From NCBI GenBank assembly GCA_001004265.1, contig LCQS01000017.1, positions 2,530 to 66,529 of the forward strand: 64,000 nucleotides of DNA, read 5' to 3'. Source of the DNA: Parcubacteria group bacterium GW2011_GWA2_51_10. GTDB lineage: Bacteria > Patescibacteriota > Minisyncoccia > Phycocordibacterales > UBA2100. The notes under the pieces are model-generated. The model was not told where the DNA came from. It worked only from the letters and a program-made list of their open reading frames with translations, and did no database searches. Made by a program: the position numbers and the translations under genes. Shown piece after piece: positions 18,164 through 27,619 of this stretch; position 1 is the stretch's first letter, and every line of letters begins with the position of its first letter.

Positions 18164-19246
18164 ATGGTCCTGACAAAAAAAGAGAAAGCTCCGCCGAAAA
18201 CGACAGGCACGGGCAGCGATAAAGATATTGAACGGGCTATTTCAAACATCAAAACAAAGTTCGGCGACGAAGCCATCATGAAATTGGGCGATCAGCCCAA
18301 GGTGGATGTGAATGCGATTCCGACTGGTTCTGTGGGCGTTGACTGGGCGCTCGGTATCGGCGGTCTTCCGCGCGGCCGCATCATCGAGATTTTCGGTCCG
18401 GAGAGCAGCGGGAAAACCACATTGAGCCTGCATGTGATCGCGGAGGCACAGAAAAAGGGTGGAATTTGCGCTTTCATCGACGCAGAGCACGCGGTGGACC
18501 CTGAATATGCAAAAAAGATCGGTGTCGACATCGCCTCCCTTCTCATATCGCAGCCGGATACCGGAGAGCAGGCGCTGGAAATCGTCGAATCGCTCGTCAG
18601 GAGCGGGAAAATAGATGTCATCGTCATTGACTCGGTCGCCGCGCTTACGCCAAAAGATGAGATCGAAGGAGACATGGGCGCACAGCATGTCGGCAAGCAG
18701 GCGCGGCTCATGTCGCAAGCCCTCCGGAAGCTGACTGCAATAGTGTCAAAAACAAAAACGGTTGTCATTTTCATCAATCAGATACGCATGCAAATCGGCG
18801 TGATGTTCGGAAATCCGGAAACAACAACTGGAGGCAAAGCCCTTAAGTTTTACACATCTGTGCGCATCGACATACGCCGCATCGCGCAGATTAAAAAGGG
18901 CGATGAAACGATGGGCGGCCGGCATCGCGTGAAGATCGTCAAAAACAAAGTCGCCGCACCATTTCGCGCCGTCGAATTCGATCTCATGTACAACGAGGGC
19001 ATCTCAAAAGAGGGAGAAGCGCTCGCGCTCGGTGAGAAGCTCGGCCTCGTAGAGAAATCTTCCGGCGGCTCGTATTCGTACACGCCGAAAGGCGGCGAGG
19101 AAGTAAAGCTCGGCCGCGGCTATGACGCAGCGCGCACATATTTGCGCGATAACAAGAAAGTCGCAAACGAGATTTTCAAAGAAATCCGCAAGTCGCTCGC
19201 GAGCGGCGGTATTTCGGCGAAACCCGCTGCGGAAAATACAGAATAA
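18164..19246 (+). CDS. recA: recombinase RecA
   Basis: 360 aa. [19 protein letters not shown] Walker A and [17 protein letters not shown], canonical RecA. Confidence 0.95.
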   Translation: MVLTKKEKAPPKTTGTGSDKDIERAISNIKTKFGDEAIMKLGDQPKVDVNAIPTGSVGVDWALGIGGLPRGRIIEIFGPESSGKTTLSLHVIAEAQKKGGICAFIDAEHAVDPEYAKKIGVDIASLLISQPDTGEQALEIVESLVRSGKIDVIVIDSVAALTPKDEIEGDMGAQHVGKQARLMSQALRKLTAIVSKTKTVVIFINQIRMQIGVMFGNPETTTGGKALKFYTSVRIDIRRIAQIKKGDETMGGRHRVKIVKNKVAAPFRAVEFDLMYNEGISKEGEALALGEKLGLVEKSSGGSYSYTPKGGEEVKLGRGYDAARTYLRDNKKVANEIFKEIRKSLASGGISAKPAAENTE

Positions 19247-19263
19247 ATAACTCAATCAATCCG

Positions 19264-19584
19264 ATGGAAAGCCCGACATCAAGCGAGCAATTGCCAGATA
19301 CGGTTGACCTATCTGAAGACTTTCTCAGTCTTACAAATGAAGATTTCCATGTCTGCCTCCGAAAATGGCGCAAAGTGCCACTTCTCACAATTCGCATTGA
19401 TTTATCCGATATTCAAGAGCCGAAAAAATTCGTGCATCAGGCGCAACGGCTAAAAGCGTTCCTTGAGTATAAACCAGAACAGCAGCGGCGCAGCGCAACA
19501 ATCGTCGGCCGACCAGAACAGAAGCGCTGGGAAGAAAACGCCCTCGGTTCAGGCGTGACATTTGAGCCGAAAACTGCCGAGTAA
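19264..19584 (+). CDS. hypothetical protein downstream of recA
   Basis: 106-aa ORF. Not clearly RecX-like. Confidence 0.35.
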   Translation: MESPTSSEQLPDTVDLSEDFLSLTNEDFHVCLRKWRKVPLLTIRIDLSDIQEPKKFVHQAQRLKAFLEYKPEQQRRSATIVGRPEQKRWEENALGSGVTFEPKTAE

Positions 19585-19628
19585 TCTATTTCGTTCGAAC
19601 GTTAAATGTTCTACAATACGACTCCTCT

Positions 19629-20006
19629 ATGAAAATCCGCAAAGCGGCCATCAAGGATTGGCCGGCGATAAAGAAACTTCTGTGCGAATTCCCTGATAAG
19701 TTGATGCAGAAGCATTTGCCAAAACCTTCTGCTTTTTTTGTAGCGATTGTAGATGGAAAAATCGTCGGTTGCTGCGCGCTCGACGTATATTCGAAGCGCC
19801 TCGCTGAACTCCGCAGCCTTGCTGTGACAAAGAAATCCCAGGGCCAAGGCATAGCGTCAAAGCTGGTAGCGGTATGCGTGGCTGCCGCGAGAAAAAAGAA
19901 GATCTACGAAGTCCTGGCAATATCCGGTTCAGAAAAATTTTTCGCAAAACACAGCTTCCATACATTCCATCAAGAAAAATACGCCCTCCTCAACATTTTG
20001 GGCTAA
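19629..20006 (+). CDS. GNAT family N-acetyltransferase
   Basis: 125 aa. ELRSLAVTKKSQGQGIASKLV is the acetyl-CoA binding Q/RxxGxG/A motif. Confidence 0.7.
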   Translation: MKIRKAAIKDWPAIKKLLCEFPDKLMQKHLPKPSAFFVAIVDGKIVGCCALDVYSKRLAELRSLAVTKKSQGQGIASKLVAVCVAAARKKKIYEVLAISGSEKFFAKHSFHTFHQEKYALLNILG

Positions 20007-21304
20007 TTGCTCGAACAAAGGCAGCGTGCTTTAATGCCGCCCGGAACCCCCACGTTTTGTGGGCACAAGGAGACAACAGTGATAACAAACTACCTGGCAC
20101 AAGAAACGCGCACAACATTCCGATGTATCGGATGCGGCAAAGACACCAGTCTGTTCGCTGAACGGTCCTTCAAATGTGCTGCCTGTGGAAACCTTCTGCA
20201 AGTTCATCATGAATTCCCGCGGCTGTTGCAGGGCGACATTAGTGAGCTGAAAGACGTCTTCGATCAACGCGCGGCGCCGAGACTCGATACTTTCGAAGAA
20301 CCCGACCGCATATCCGGCGTTTGGCGTTTCCGCGAGCTGGTTATGCCCTCGCTCCCGGACGAGCACGTTGTCACGCTCGGCGAAGGGATCGTGCCAATAG
20401 TCTGGGCCGGCCTTCACTTGCGGGACTGGGTGGGAGGCGACCTCGAGCTCTCGCTCATTCTCGAAGGGCAGGGACCTACAGGCTCGTTCAAGGATTTCGG
20501 CGGCACTGTCATGGTGAGCAACGCGAAAGCCGCTGGCAACCGGCGGCATATGGTGCTCGCGTCATCACAGTGCCTGGCGATTTCGACGCCTGCATGCACT
20601 TCCTGAAAGAGCTAGTCGAGAAATGGGGCGTCTATCCCGCCAACAGTATCAATCCGACACGCATCGCGGGCCATCAAGCAACAGTTTTTCTGATTGCCCA
20701 GGCCCGCGGATGGATACTGCCAGACTGGATTGCCGTGCCAGTAGGAAATGGCAGCAACAGTTCGTCGGTCGGAAAGGCGATGCGCACACTGAAAAGACTC
20801 GGCTTCGTCGAACACACGTCGCGCATTCTGGGATGCCAGGCAAGTGCAGCGGCGCCGCTTCACTCGTCGTGGACAAAGATGCTGCTTGCGAACGAGGGTA
20901 CGCCTGATCTTGACCTGTGGTGCAACACCTATCGAGCGGTAGCCGCGCGCGACACAATCGCGAACGCGATTCGAATCGGCGACCCTGTTTCTCGCGAGAA
21001 AGTCATGCGAGAAATCATCTGGTCGATGGGCGCAATGGAAGTGTCGAGCGAGGTCGACCTCATCGCAGGTATGCACGCATGCGCTCGAGACGGCTATCTG
21101 GTGTGCCCGCAGACCGGCGTGGCTCTCGCAGGCATACGGAATGCAGTTCGCAGTGGGGTGATCAAGCCCGGCGCGAATGTTGCCGTCGTTTCGACCGCTA
21201 CAGGACTCAAATTCGCCGGAGCCTACGAAAGCTGTGTGCTTGATCGTACTGAACGCGCAACGTGCGCGAGCGCAGAAGCGGTTGCTGAAGTTCTCTCCCT
21301 CTGA
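20007..21304 (+). pseudogene. thrC: threonine synthase (thrC) disrupted by an internal deletion plus frame change
   Basis: The 20007 frame encodes an N-terminal zinc-ribbon, GVWRFRELVMP...VTLGEGIVPI and the PLP-lysine motif GSFKDFGG. It then terminates. The ThrC C-terminal body (YGARVITVPGDFDAC...VSTATGLKF) continues in the +2 frame from about 20540. About 40 aa of the expected sequence after FKDFGG are missing. Confidence 0.7.
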
Positions 21305-21319
21305 TCCGCAACGGATCTT

Positions 21320-21351
21320 CGAGCGCGGCCGCGATGCTGCGCTCGTTTTTG
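21320..21351 (+). terminator. rho-independent terminator after thrC
   Basis: cgagcgc-loop-gcgctcg followed by tttttg. Confidence 0.55.
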
Positions 21352-21388
21352 TTGGACAGAGGGCATTTTTTGAATACAATGCTGCCTT

Positions 21389-21955
21389 ATGTCCATGTTG
21401 TCATATAACGAAGTTCTGCCGAAAAGAATTATCATTCTCGACGGAGAACCGTATGAGGTTCTCTCTTCATGGGTGTTTCGCAAGCAGCAAAGGAAACCGG
21501 TGAATCAGACGAAGCTTCGCAATTTGAAAACCGGCGGCATGGCGGAACACACCTTCCACGTGTCGGATAAAGCGGAGGAAGCAGAAATCGACGCATCCAC
21601 TGCGAAATTTATCTATGAAAAAAACGGCGAATGGTTCTTCCACGATTCGAAAGATAAATCGAAAAGATTCACGCTCGACAATGATCATGTCGGGGATGCG
21701 GGAAAGTACCTCAAGAGCGACACGGAGGTAGAGGTACGATGGTTCGACGAAAAACCGATACAGGTGAAGATCCCCGTCAAAATGGACCTTACGGTAAAGG
21801 AGGCACCTCCGAATACACGCGGCAACACGGCGCAGGGTGGCAACAAGGTTGTCACGCTCGAAACCGGAGCAACGCTGACTGTGCCGATGTTCGTCGAAGC
21901 CGGCGATACCGTGCGCATCAACACCGAAACGGGAGAATATGTCGAGCGTGTTTAA
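21389..21955 (+). CDS. efp: elongation factor P
   Basis: 188 aa. The N-terminal KOW-like region contains KTGGMAEHTF. Three-domain EF-P layout. Confidence 0.8.
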   Translation: MSMLSYNEVLPKRIIILDGEPYEVLSSWVFRKQQRKPVNQTKLRNLKTGGMAEHTFHVSDKAEEAEIDASTAKFIYEKNGEWFFHDSKDKSKRFTLDNDHVGDAGKYLKSDTEVEVRWFDEKPIQVKIPVKMDLTVKEAPPNTRGNTAQGGNKVVTLETGATLTVPMFVEAGDTVRINTETGEYVERV

Positions 21956-21981
21956 TTCCTTCAGCCAAGTGAAGAAATTTC

Positions 21982-22091
21982 TCCTCGCGGAGTCTCTGGA
22001 AGCGCGCGAGATTGGTTCCGCCGAAGGCGGATCGCGCGCTGAAGCTTAAGGACAAATTCCGCTGGAGAATTTGTCCGGGCTCCGCGAGGAG
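21982..22091. repeat. structured repeat element, copy A (second copy at 40798..40905)
   Basis: Outer inverted repeat ctcctcgcggag / ctccgcgaggag. Inner stem gcgcgcga...tcgcgcgc enclosing a hairpin. Perfect 10-bp stem ggacaaattc-cgctgga-gaatttgtcc. Confidence 0.7.
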
Positions 22092-22110
22092 AAATTTTCG
22101 AACGCCTTTT

Positions 22111-22311
22111 CTATTTTTGAATGTACGGAAGCAATCCCATAAACCGCGCACGCTTAATAGCCGCCTCGACTCCTCGCTGCTGCTTTGCGGTGAGTCCTGT
22201 TTTCTTGCGGCTGACAATGCGGCCATGCGGGTTCATGAACTGCCGGAGCAAGTCGACATCTTTATAATCGACGAACTGAATATCATTTTGTGTCAAAATA
22301 TTACTACTCAT
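22111..22311 (-). CDS. rpsR: 30S ribosomal protein S18
   Basis: 66 aa with DYKDVDLLRQFMNPHGRIVSRKKTGLTAKQQR, canonical S18. Confidence 0.92.
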   Translation of the reverse strand: MSSNILTQNDIQFVDYKDVDLLRQFMNPHGRIVSRKKTGLTAKQQRGVEAAIKRARFMGLLPYIQK

Positions 22312-22347
22312 ACTTGTGTCTACTTACTACTAACTACTTTCTACTAA
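22312..22347. repeat. heptamer tandem repeat (CTACTNA-like) in the ssb-rpsR spacer
   Basis: ctactta ctactaa ctacttt ctactaa ctag. Confidence 0.7.
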
Positions 22348-22797
22348 CTAGAATGGGATATCGTCCGGATTGATATCCTCTTTCGGATACTCGATCCCCC
22401 CTCCTTGAGCTTCTGCAGGTTCAGCCTCTCCGGGGCGGCGGCCGCCTGGGCCTCCGCTTGTCGAAGGGCCTCCTCCTTGCGGCCCGAACTGAACACGATC
22501 CGCAACGACTTCCGTGCGGTAATGTTTCTGCCCGTCTTTTTCCCAATTGCGCGTCTGGAGGCGGCCCTCAACCAATACCGATCTCCCTTTTTTCATATAC
22601 TGCGCGACAGTATCCGCCTGACGTCCAAAAACAACAATATTGTGGAATTCCGTCTGTTCCTGCTTTTTGCCGTCGCGATCTCGGAACACCCGATTCGTCG
22701 CAATCGAAAAGTTCACGACATTCATGCCGGACGGAAGCGCCTTTAATTCCGGGTCACGCGTGAGATTGCCGAAGAGAATGACTTTGTTGATGTACAT
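22348..22797 (-). CDS. ssb: single-stranded DNA-binding protein
   Basis: 149 aa. OB-fold, Gly-rich tail and acidic C-terminus DDIPF. Confidence 0.92.
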   Translation of the reverse strand: MYINKVILFGNLTRDPELKALPSGMNVVNFSIATNRVFRDRDGKKQEQTEFHNIVVFGRQADTVAQYMKKGRSVLVEGRLQTRNWEKDGQKHYRTEVVADRVQFGPQGGGPSTSGGPGGRRPGEAEPAEAQGGGIEYPKEDINPDDIPF

Positions 22798-22799
22798 AA

Positions 22800-22848
22800 C
22801 AGATAGCTTGTAGCTCTCAGCTTATAGTTTGTAGTTGAAAAGGCAAAG
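22800..22848. repeat. heptamer tandem repeat (AGCTTGT/AGTTTGT-like) in the rpsF-ssb spacer
   Basis: agcttgt agctctc agcttat agtttgt agttgaa. Confidence 0.6.
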
Positions 22849-22851
22849 TCT

Positions 22852-23430
22852 TTATTCTTCCGTAATTTCTTGAATGGCCTTTTCAAGATCGGCCTCTGAA
22901 ACAGGTGCTGTTGACTCCTCGGAAGGAGCCCGTCGCACTGACGATTTAATCGTATCGGTGCGCTTCACCTCGCGCAGCGTCGGCGCCTTCATACGAGCCC
23001 TCGTGTCTTCCCGCACAGTCTTCCAAATGATAAAACGCATATAGTTCGGATTCTGCTTCAGGCTTTCAGTGAGTGCCCGAACTATTGCTCGTCTTCCTTC
23101 GAATTTGATCCAGCCGAAATAGGCGCGGTCATAATCTACATTCCGCTCGCCTTCGCGCACAGAAATCGAGTATGCGAGCTTCGTCAAGGACGGCGCGCCT
23201 TCCGTGATGAACGAACCCCCTTCCTTTTCAATGACAGCGCGCAGAGCACCCACGATCTTCTCCAGATCCTCCTCTTTTACAGCCGGTGCGATATGATAGC
23301 CGATCTCGTAGATTTGTAGAGTATCATCACTTTCGTTTTTTGATGGAGCAACGTCGAGAAGCGCATCTGCACCTCCCGATACTTCAATCTCCTTTTCTTC
23401 AGATGATGTTTCGTTGGAAACTACTTGCAT
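22852..23430 (-). CDS. rpsF: 30S ribosomal protein S6 with N- and C-terminal extensions
   Basis: The core YEIGYHIAP...LAYSI... is S6-like. The conserved rpsF-ssb-rpsR order supports the call. Confidence 0.7.
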   Translation of the reverse strand: MQVVSNETSSEEKEIEVSGGADALLDVAPSKNESDDTLQIYEIGYHIAPAVKEEDLEKIVGALRAVIEKEGGSFITEGAPSLTKLAYSISVREGERNVDYDRAYFGWIKFEGRRAIVRALTESLKQNPNYMRFIIWKTVREDTRARMKAPTLREVKRTDTIKSSVRRAPSEESTAPVSEADLEKAIQEITEE

Positions 23431-23484
23431 ATGATTTGTGTAGCGAGCACTTTAACACGCCGCACAGACGCTCGCAAATTCCAG

Positions 23485-24348
23485 CTATATGCCGAACATG
23501 CGCTGGGCATTCGCAAAAATTCGTTCTGCTATTACATCGACGTCTGCCTTTCGAATCCTCGCGATTGCTCGCACAACTTCCGTGACATATAACGGTTCGT
23601 TTCGCTTCCCCCGATGCGGCACGGGAGCGACATATGGCGCATCAGTTTCTGTAAGAAGCATGTCCAAAGGTGTGTTTTGTACGACCTCATCGTAATCATG
23701 CGTGAACGTAAGAACTCCGGTAAATGAGAGTGCGAATCCCAAATCGAGAAATTGCTTTGCAATGTTCCAGTCTCCCGCAAAAAAGTGTACATCTCCCCTT
23801 ACTTTCGCATGTGACATTATTATTTCGAGCGCATCTTCGTATGCATTTCCGCCGCGGCTTATGCTTTGGCGGGCAGACCTGATATGGAGCATGAGCGGCT
23901 TGCTCACTTTGTTGGCTAGCTCAATATGCTGAATGAAAACTTCTCTTTGCACCTTTTGAGACTCCGGCTCCAATCGATAGTAATCGAGCCCGCATTCGCC
24001 TATCGCTATTGTTTTTGGCGAGCGCGCTAATTTTTCATACAGCGCCATGTCAAACACCTCGCCTCGCGATGTAAATCCGCCGGCTGGCGGACTTCCGCTC
24101 TCCCCCAATTCCTGCACGTCATGGTGCGAGCGGCTCGTATGAATCGGGTGCAGGCCGATAGTCGCGTACGCGCCGTCGAACTTTTCCGCGAGCGCTACCG
24201 CCGCCGCCGACGTATCCTTTTGCGTCCCTACGATGTTCATGATGACGCCCGCTTTTCGTGCGCGCTCCATCGTCTCGACACGGTCTCCGTCAAACGCTGC
24301 GAAATTCACATGCGTATGAGCGTCAAAGTATTTCATATAGCTCATCAT
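23485..24348 (-). CDS. tatD: TatD-family metal-dependent hydrolase/DNase
   Basis: 287 aa. FDAHTHVNF and GLHP motifs, characteristic of TatD. Confidence 0.85.
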   Translation of the reverse strand: MMSYMKYFDAHTHVNFAAFDGDRVETMERARKAGVIMNIVGTQKDTSAAAVALAEKFDGAYATIGLHPIHTSRSHHDVQELGESGSPPAGGFTSRGEVFDMALYEKLARSPKTIAIGECGLDYYRLEPESQKVQREVFIQHIELANKVSKPLMLHIRSARQSISRGGNAYEDALEIIMSHAKVRGDVHFFAGDWNIAKQFLDLGFALSFTGVLTFTHDYDEVVQNTPLDMLLTETDAPYVAPVPHRGKRNEPLYVTEVVRAIARIRKADVDVIAERIFANAQRMFGI

Positions 24349-24390
24349 AATTAAATATCTTTATCCTAATGTTCTTAAGAACATTGGAAC

Positions 24391-25851
24391 TTATTCTTTA
24401 CGGGGAAAAAGAGTCTCGGGTTTCTTATTCGCTTTTATCGCTGCCCTGATCTTACCTGCAGTTTCAGGCATGATCGGTTCGACCATGTTGCATATAGCTG
24501 AAAGCTCATTTACGTAAAGCGCTATCATGGCTTTACCGATAACCGGGTCTGTTTTGACTACGTTAAACGCCTTCTCCTCAGCTAGCTTTCGGTCCAATCG
24601 CTGAACTGCGCTCGAGATAAAATTTGTAGCTTCATGGAATTCGAACGCGTCGAGAGCACGTGCAAAGTAATCAGGAAGCTGCGTGGCGCGATTAGGACTT
24701 GTAACTGTGATACTTACAGCGGAATTAGTTTCAGAAAGCTGCATGATCCGCGATGTTAAATTCCCGAGACCGTTTGCGAGATCGGCATTATAGGCCTCCT
24801 TAAATCGCTCCATAGTGAAATCTGAATCCTCGAAAGGATGGATGTGCCGCGCGAGGAAGTAGCGCACTGCGTCAGCGCCATAATCACCCACGAGTGCAAT
24901 AGGATCGATGACGTTGCCGAGCGATTTGCTCATCTTCTGTCCTCCGACAGTAATGAAGCCGTGGATGACTATCTGCTTTGTTGGAGGAAGACCTGCGGAG
25001 AAAAGCATCGCCTGCCACATGGCCGCCTGCTGGCGTATCTGATCTTTTCCCGCGAGCTGAAGCGCAATTGGATTCTCCACCGTTCCCCAAAACTTCCTAA
25101 AATTTGGCTCGTCGTCTGGCCATCCGAGTGTTGATATGTAATTCACCAAGGCATCAAACCAGACGAACATCACATGCGAGGGATCATCGGGTACGGGGAC
25201 TCCCCAGGGCATCTTCTCTGCGAGACGCGAGATGCTGAAATCTTCCAAACCCCGCTCGACGAATTTTTTTATCTCATTAAACCGAAATGCGGGAACGACA
25301 AAATCTGGCCTATTTTTGTACATTTCCAAAAGTTGCTCGCGATATTTTGAAAAGCGGAAAAAATAATTCTCCTCGTCAATGAGTTCAAGCTCGAGATTCG
25401 GATGCAGAGGACATCTGCCGTTCACCAATTCCGAATCGGTTTTCTCGAGTTCGCAGCCAACGCAGTACTTTATCGTGTAATTCTTTTTATAGATGTCGCC
25501 ATTTGCAAGACATCGTCGCCAGAATTCCTGCGCCGCAGCTTTGTGATGCGGATCAGTTGTCCTTATAAAAACAAGGTTCGGGAACAAGTTCAGAGCTTCT
25601 TTGAGCGCGCGGTATTTGTCCGCGCACTCATCGACATACCGTTGCGTCTCCTTCCCTTCTTCGAGAGCTTTCCGATAAATCTTGAGTCCATGCTCGTCGG
25701 TTCCCGTATTGAAGAAAACTTCATCACCCATCAAAGCTCTGTATCGCGCAAGAATATCCGCTTGAACGATTTCAAGCGCGAATCCGATGTGCGGATCCGC
25801 ATTCACATACGGCAGAGTCGTCGTGATGTAGTACGCTTTCGGCTTCTGCAT
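24391..25851 (-). CDS. metG: methionyl-tRNA synthetase
   Basis: 486 aa. LPYVNADPHIGF (HIGH region), the Zn-knuckle region, and KMSKSLGNVIDP. Confidence 0.93.
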   Translation of the reverse strand: MQKPKAYYITTTLPYVNADPHIGFALEIVQADILARYRALMGDEVFFNTGTDEHGLKIYRKALEEGKETQRYVDECADKYRALKEALNLFPNLVFIRTTDPHHKAAAQEFWRRCLANGDIYKKNYTIKYCVGCELEKTDSELVNGRCPLHPNLELELIDEENYFFRFSKYREQLLEMYKNRPDFVVPAFRFNEIKKFVERGLEDFSISRLAEKMPWGVPVPDDPSHVMFVWFDALVNYISTLGWPDDEPNFRKFWGTVENPIALQLAGKDQIRQQAAMWQAMLFSAGLPPTKQIVIHGFITVGGQKMSKSLGNVIDPIALVGDYGADAVRYFLARHIHPFEDSDFTMERFKEAYNADLANGLGNLTSRIMQLSETNSAVSITVTSPNRATQLPDYFARALDAFEFHEATNFISSAVQRLDRKLAEEKAFNVVKTDPVIGKAMIALYVNELSAICNMVEPIMPETAGKIRAAIKANKKPETLFPRKE

Positions 25852-25856
25852 GGAGG

Positions 25857-27017
25857 CTAGGTCTTGCCGTTCTTTTCAAACGCGCGCCTTTTTTGGAAAT
25901 CTTTTACGAGCTCCTGGATAGTGCCTGCCGCCGGAACAGACAGAAGCACGCCCAAAAATCCGGCGAGCTTTGCCCCGATGATAAGTGCGAGAATCACCAA
26001 AAGCGGCGGAACGCCGACGACACGCGTGACAACCAGCGGGTAGATAAGATGGTTCTCGAATTGCTGCACAATAATGTAGAGCGCGACAGTGAGAAGTCCG
26101 AGCGTCACGCCTCCGTCCACGAGCGCGATCATGACGGCCGGCACCGCCGCGAGTATGGGACCAAATACCGGAATAATTTCGAATACCGCTGCGATAACTG
26201 CCAACGTGAGTGCGTGCTTCACGCCTAAAACCGTGAGACCCAGATACACCAGAACGCCAACGATGACAGCGAGAAGCAGTTGACCCTGCATCCATAGTCC
26301 GATCTTGCGCTGCGAGCGGCGCCACAGATCGAGTGCATATTCTTGATATTTCAGCGGCGTAACAACGCGCAAAAAATCGTCAACCCCTGTTTCAACAAGA
26401 GCGAAATAAAACGAAAAGACCACGATGAGAATGAACGAGAAGACACCGCCGAAAATAGCGCTTGCCGCCTGGAACGCTCCGCCGAATGCGCCGCCGAATC
26501 CGAGCGCACTGCGAATACTCTCCATAATGGTGCTCGCGGAAATATCATTCGGGATCGGCGCTCCCACGATGCGCGCATATTCACTAAATGCGCCAAGCGA
26601 ATTTATCGCATCGAGATATGCCGGCAAAGAAGAGACGAACGTCGACAAATCTTCCAGCACCGACGGCAGAAAGAAATAGAAAATACTGAAAAACGCGGCG
26701 AACATTATAAGGTACACGAGAATCACGGAAATAAGCCGTGGGAGTTTGCGGCGCATGAGCGAACGCACTGCTGGCTCGATTGCGGAGGCGATAACAACGG
26801 CCGTTATCACAATCAAGAGAATGTCGCGAAGGTAAAAAAGAAACCACACGGCAAGCACAAGGAGGATCGTCTTTATGATCGTGCCGAAGGTTATGGAGAT
26901 AGTCTGGGGGCGGTCGTCCATAGCGACAATCGTAGCATAGTACCAATGTGAGAGCGAAAATAAGCAATAAGCAAAAGGTCCCGCGTGGGGACCTTTTCTG
27001 GGCACGAGGGCGTTCAC
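25857..27017 (-). CDS. AI-2E family transporter (PerM/UPF0118-type permease)
   Basis: 386 aa, multi-TM with the typical AI-2E arrangement. The true start may be the internal MDDRPQ. Confidence 0.7.
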   Translation of the reverse strand: MNALVPRKGPHAGPFAYCLFSLSHWYYATIVAMDDRPQTISITFGTIIKTILLVLAVWFLFYLRDILLIVITAVVIASAIEPAVRSLMRRKLPRLISVILVYLIMFAAFFSIFYFFLPSVLEDLSTFVSSLPAYLDAINSLGAFSEYARIVGAPIPNDISASTIMESIRSALGFGGAFGGAFQAASAIFGGVFSFILIVVFSFYFALVETGVDDFLRVVTPLKYQEYALDLWRRSQRKIGLWMQGQLLLAVIVGVLVYLGLTVLGVKHALTLAVIAAVFEIIPVFGPILAAVPAVMIALVDGGVTLGLLTVALYIIVQQFENHLIYPLVVTRVVGVPPLLVILALIIGAKLAGFLGVLLSVPAAGTIQELVKDFQKRRAFEKNGKT

Positions 27018-27550
27018 TTTTCGAGCGTGACGAAATAATCACGCCCGTTAAGTCTGTCATTCAACGTCCTGAAAGCCGAGCACCATGAGGCACCGTCGGG
27101 ATACATGAACCGTATCCAGGTTCTCCCATGGGAATCCGCCCACGTAACGTCCGGGAAGTACAGGTTACGCCGCGAGCCGCCGCGCTCCGACTTCTCTCTA
27201 CCCCAGCTCGTTTCGAGACAGATCTCATCGCACGCAATAAGAGCGTCAATCATGTTCGGATGCCCCAATGCGAACGATCGTATCGAACTCAGTGCGGTTA
27301 GCCCGCCCACTCCGCCGCGAGTTATTTGACGCCGGTCGCGATGACGGCGAGCACGCAAATCACCGACAAACATTTCAGCACCGCGCTTTTCGATAATAAC
27401 GTGACCACTTATCGTTTCCGCGTTTGGATTTATCGTCCAGCTCTCATCGAACTGCAGGAGTGGTGCGTCGAGATCGACTTCGACGCAATTACGGCCGAGT
27501 ATGCGTATGCGGCCTAATGCCACAAGCGCAAATTTGTCCATTGTCGCCAT
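27014..27550 (-). CDS. hypothetical protein
   Basis: 178-aa ORF in a 4-nt overlap with the downstream permease gene. No recognisable motif. Confidence 0.4.
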   Translation of the reverse strand: MATMDKFALVALGRIRILGRNCVEVDLDAPLLQFDESWTINPNAETISGHVIIEKRGAEMFVGDLRARRHRDRRQITRGGVGGLTALSSIRSFALGHPNMIDALIACDEICLETSWGREKSERGGSRRNLYFPDVTWADSHGRTWIRFMYPDGASWCSAFRTLNDRLNGRDYFVTLEK

Positions 27551-27619
27551 TGCTATCTCCTTGTGCCTCGATGTGCAATCCGAGGATTGGTTTAAGACCC
27601 AACGGCCGCGAATTATAGA

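Noticed and set aside
20321-20540. N-terminal about 70 aa of ORF 20321..21304 (MAFPRAGYALAPGRARCHARRRDR...).
   Set aside because: The Arg-rich out-of-frame reading overlaps the genuine ThrC N-terminus in the 20007 frame. Only the part downstream of about 20540 in this frame is real ThrC sequence.
24366-24383. LexA/Cheo SOS box upstream of tatD.
   Set aside because: The half-site order is GTTC-N4-GAAC, opposite to the Cheo consensus GAAC-N4-GTTC. recA (18164) has no such site upstream. Kept only as a generic palindrome finding.
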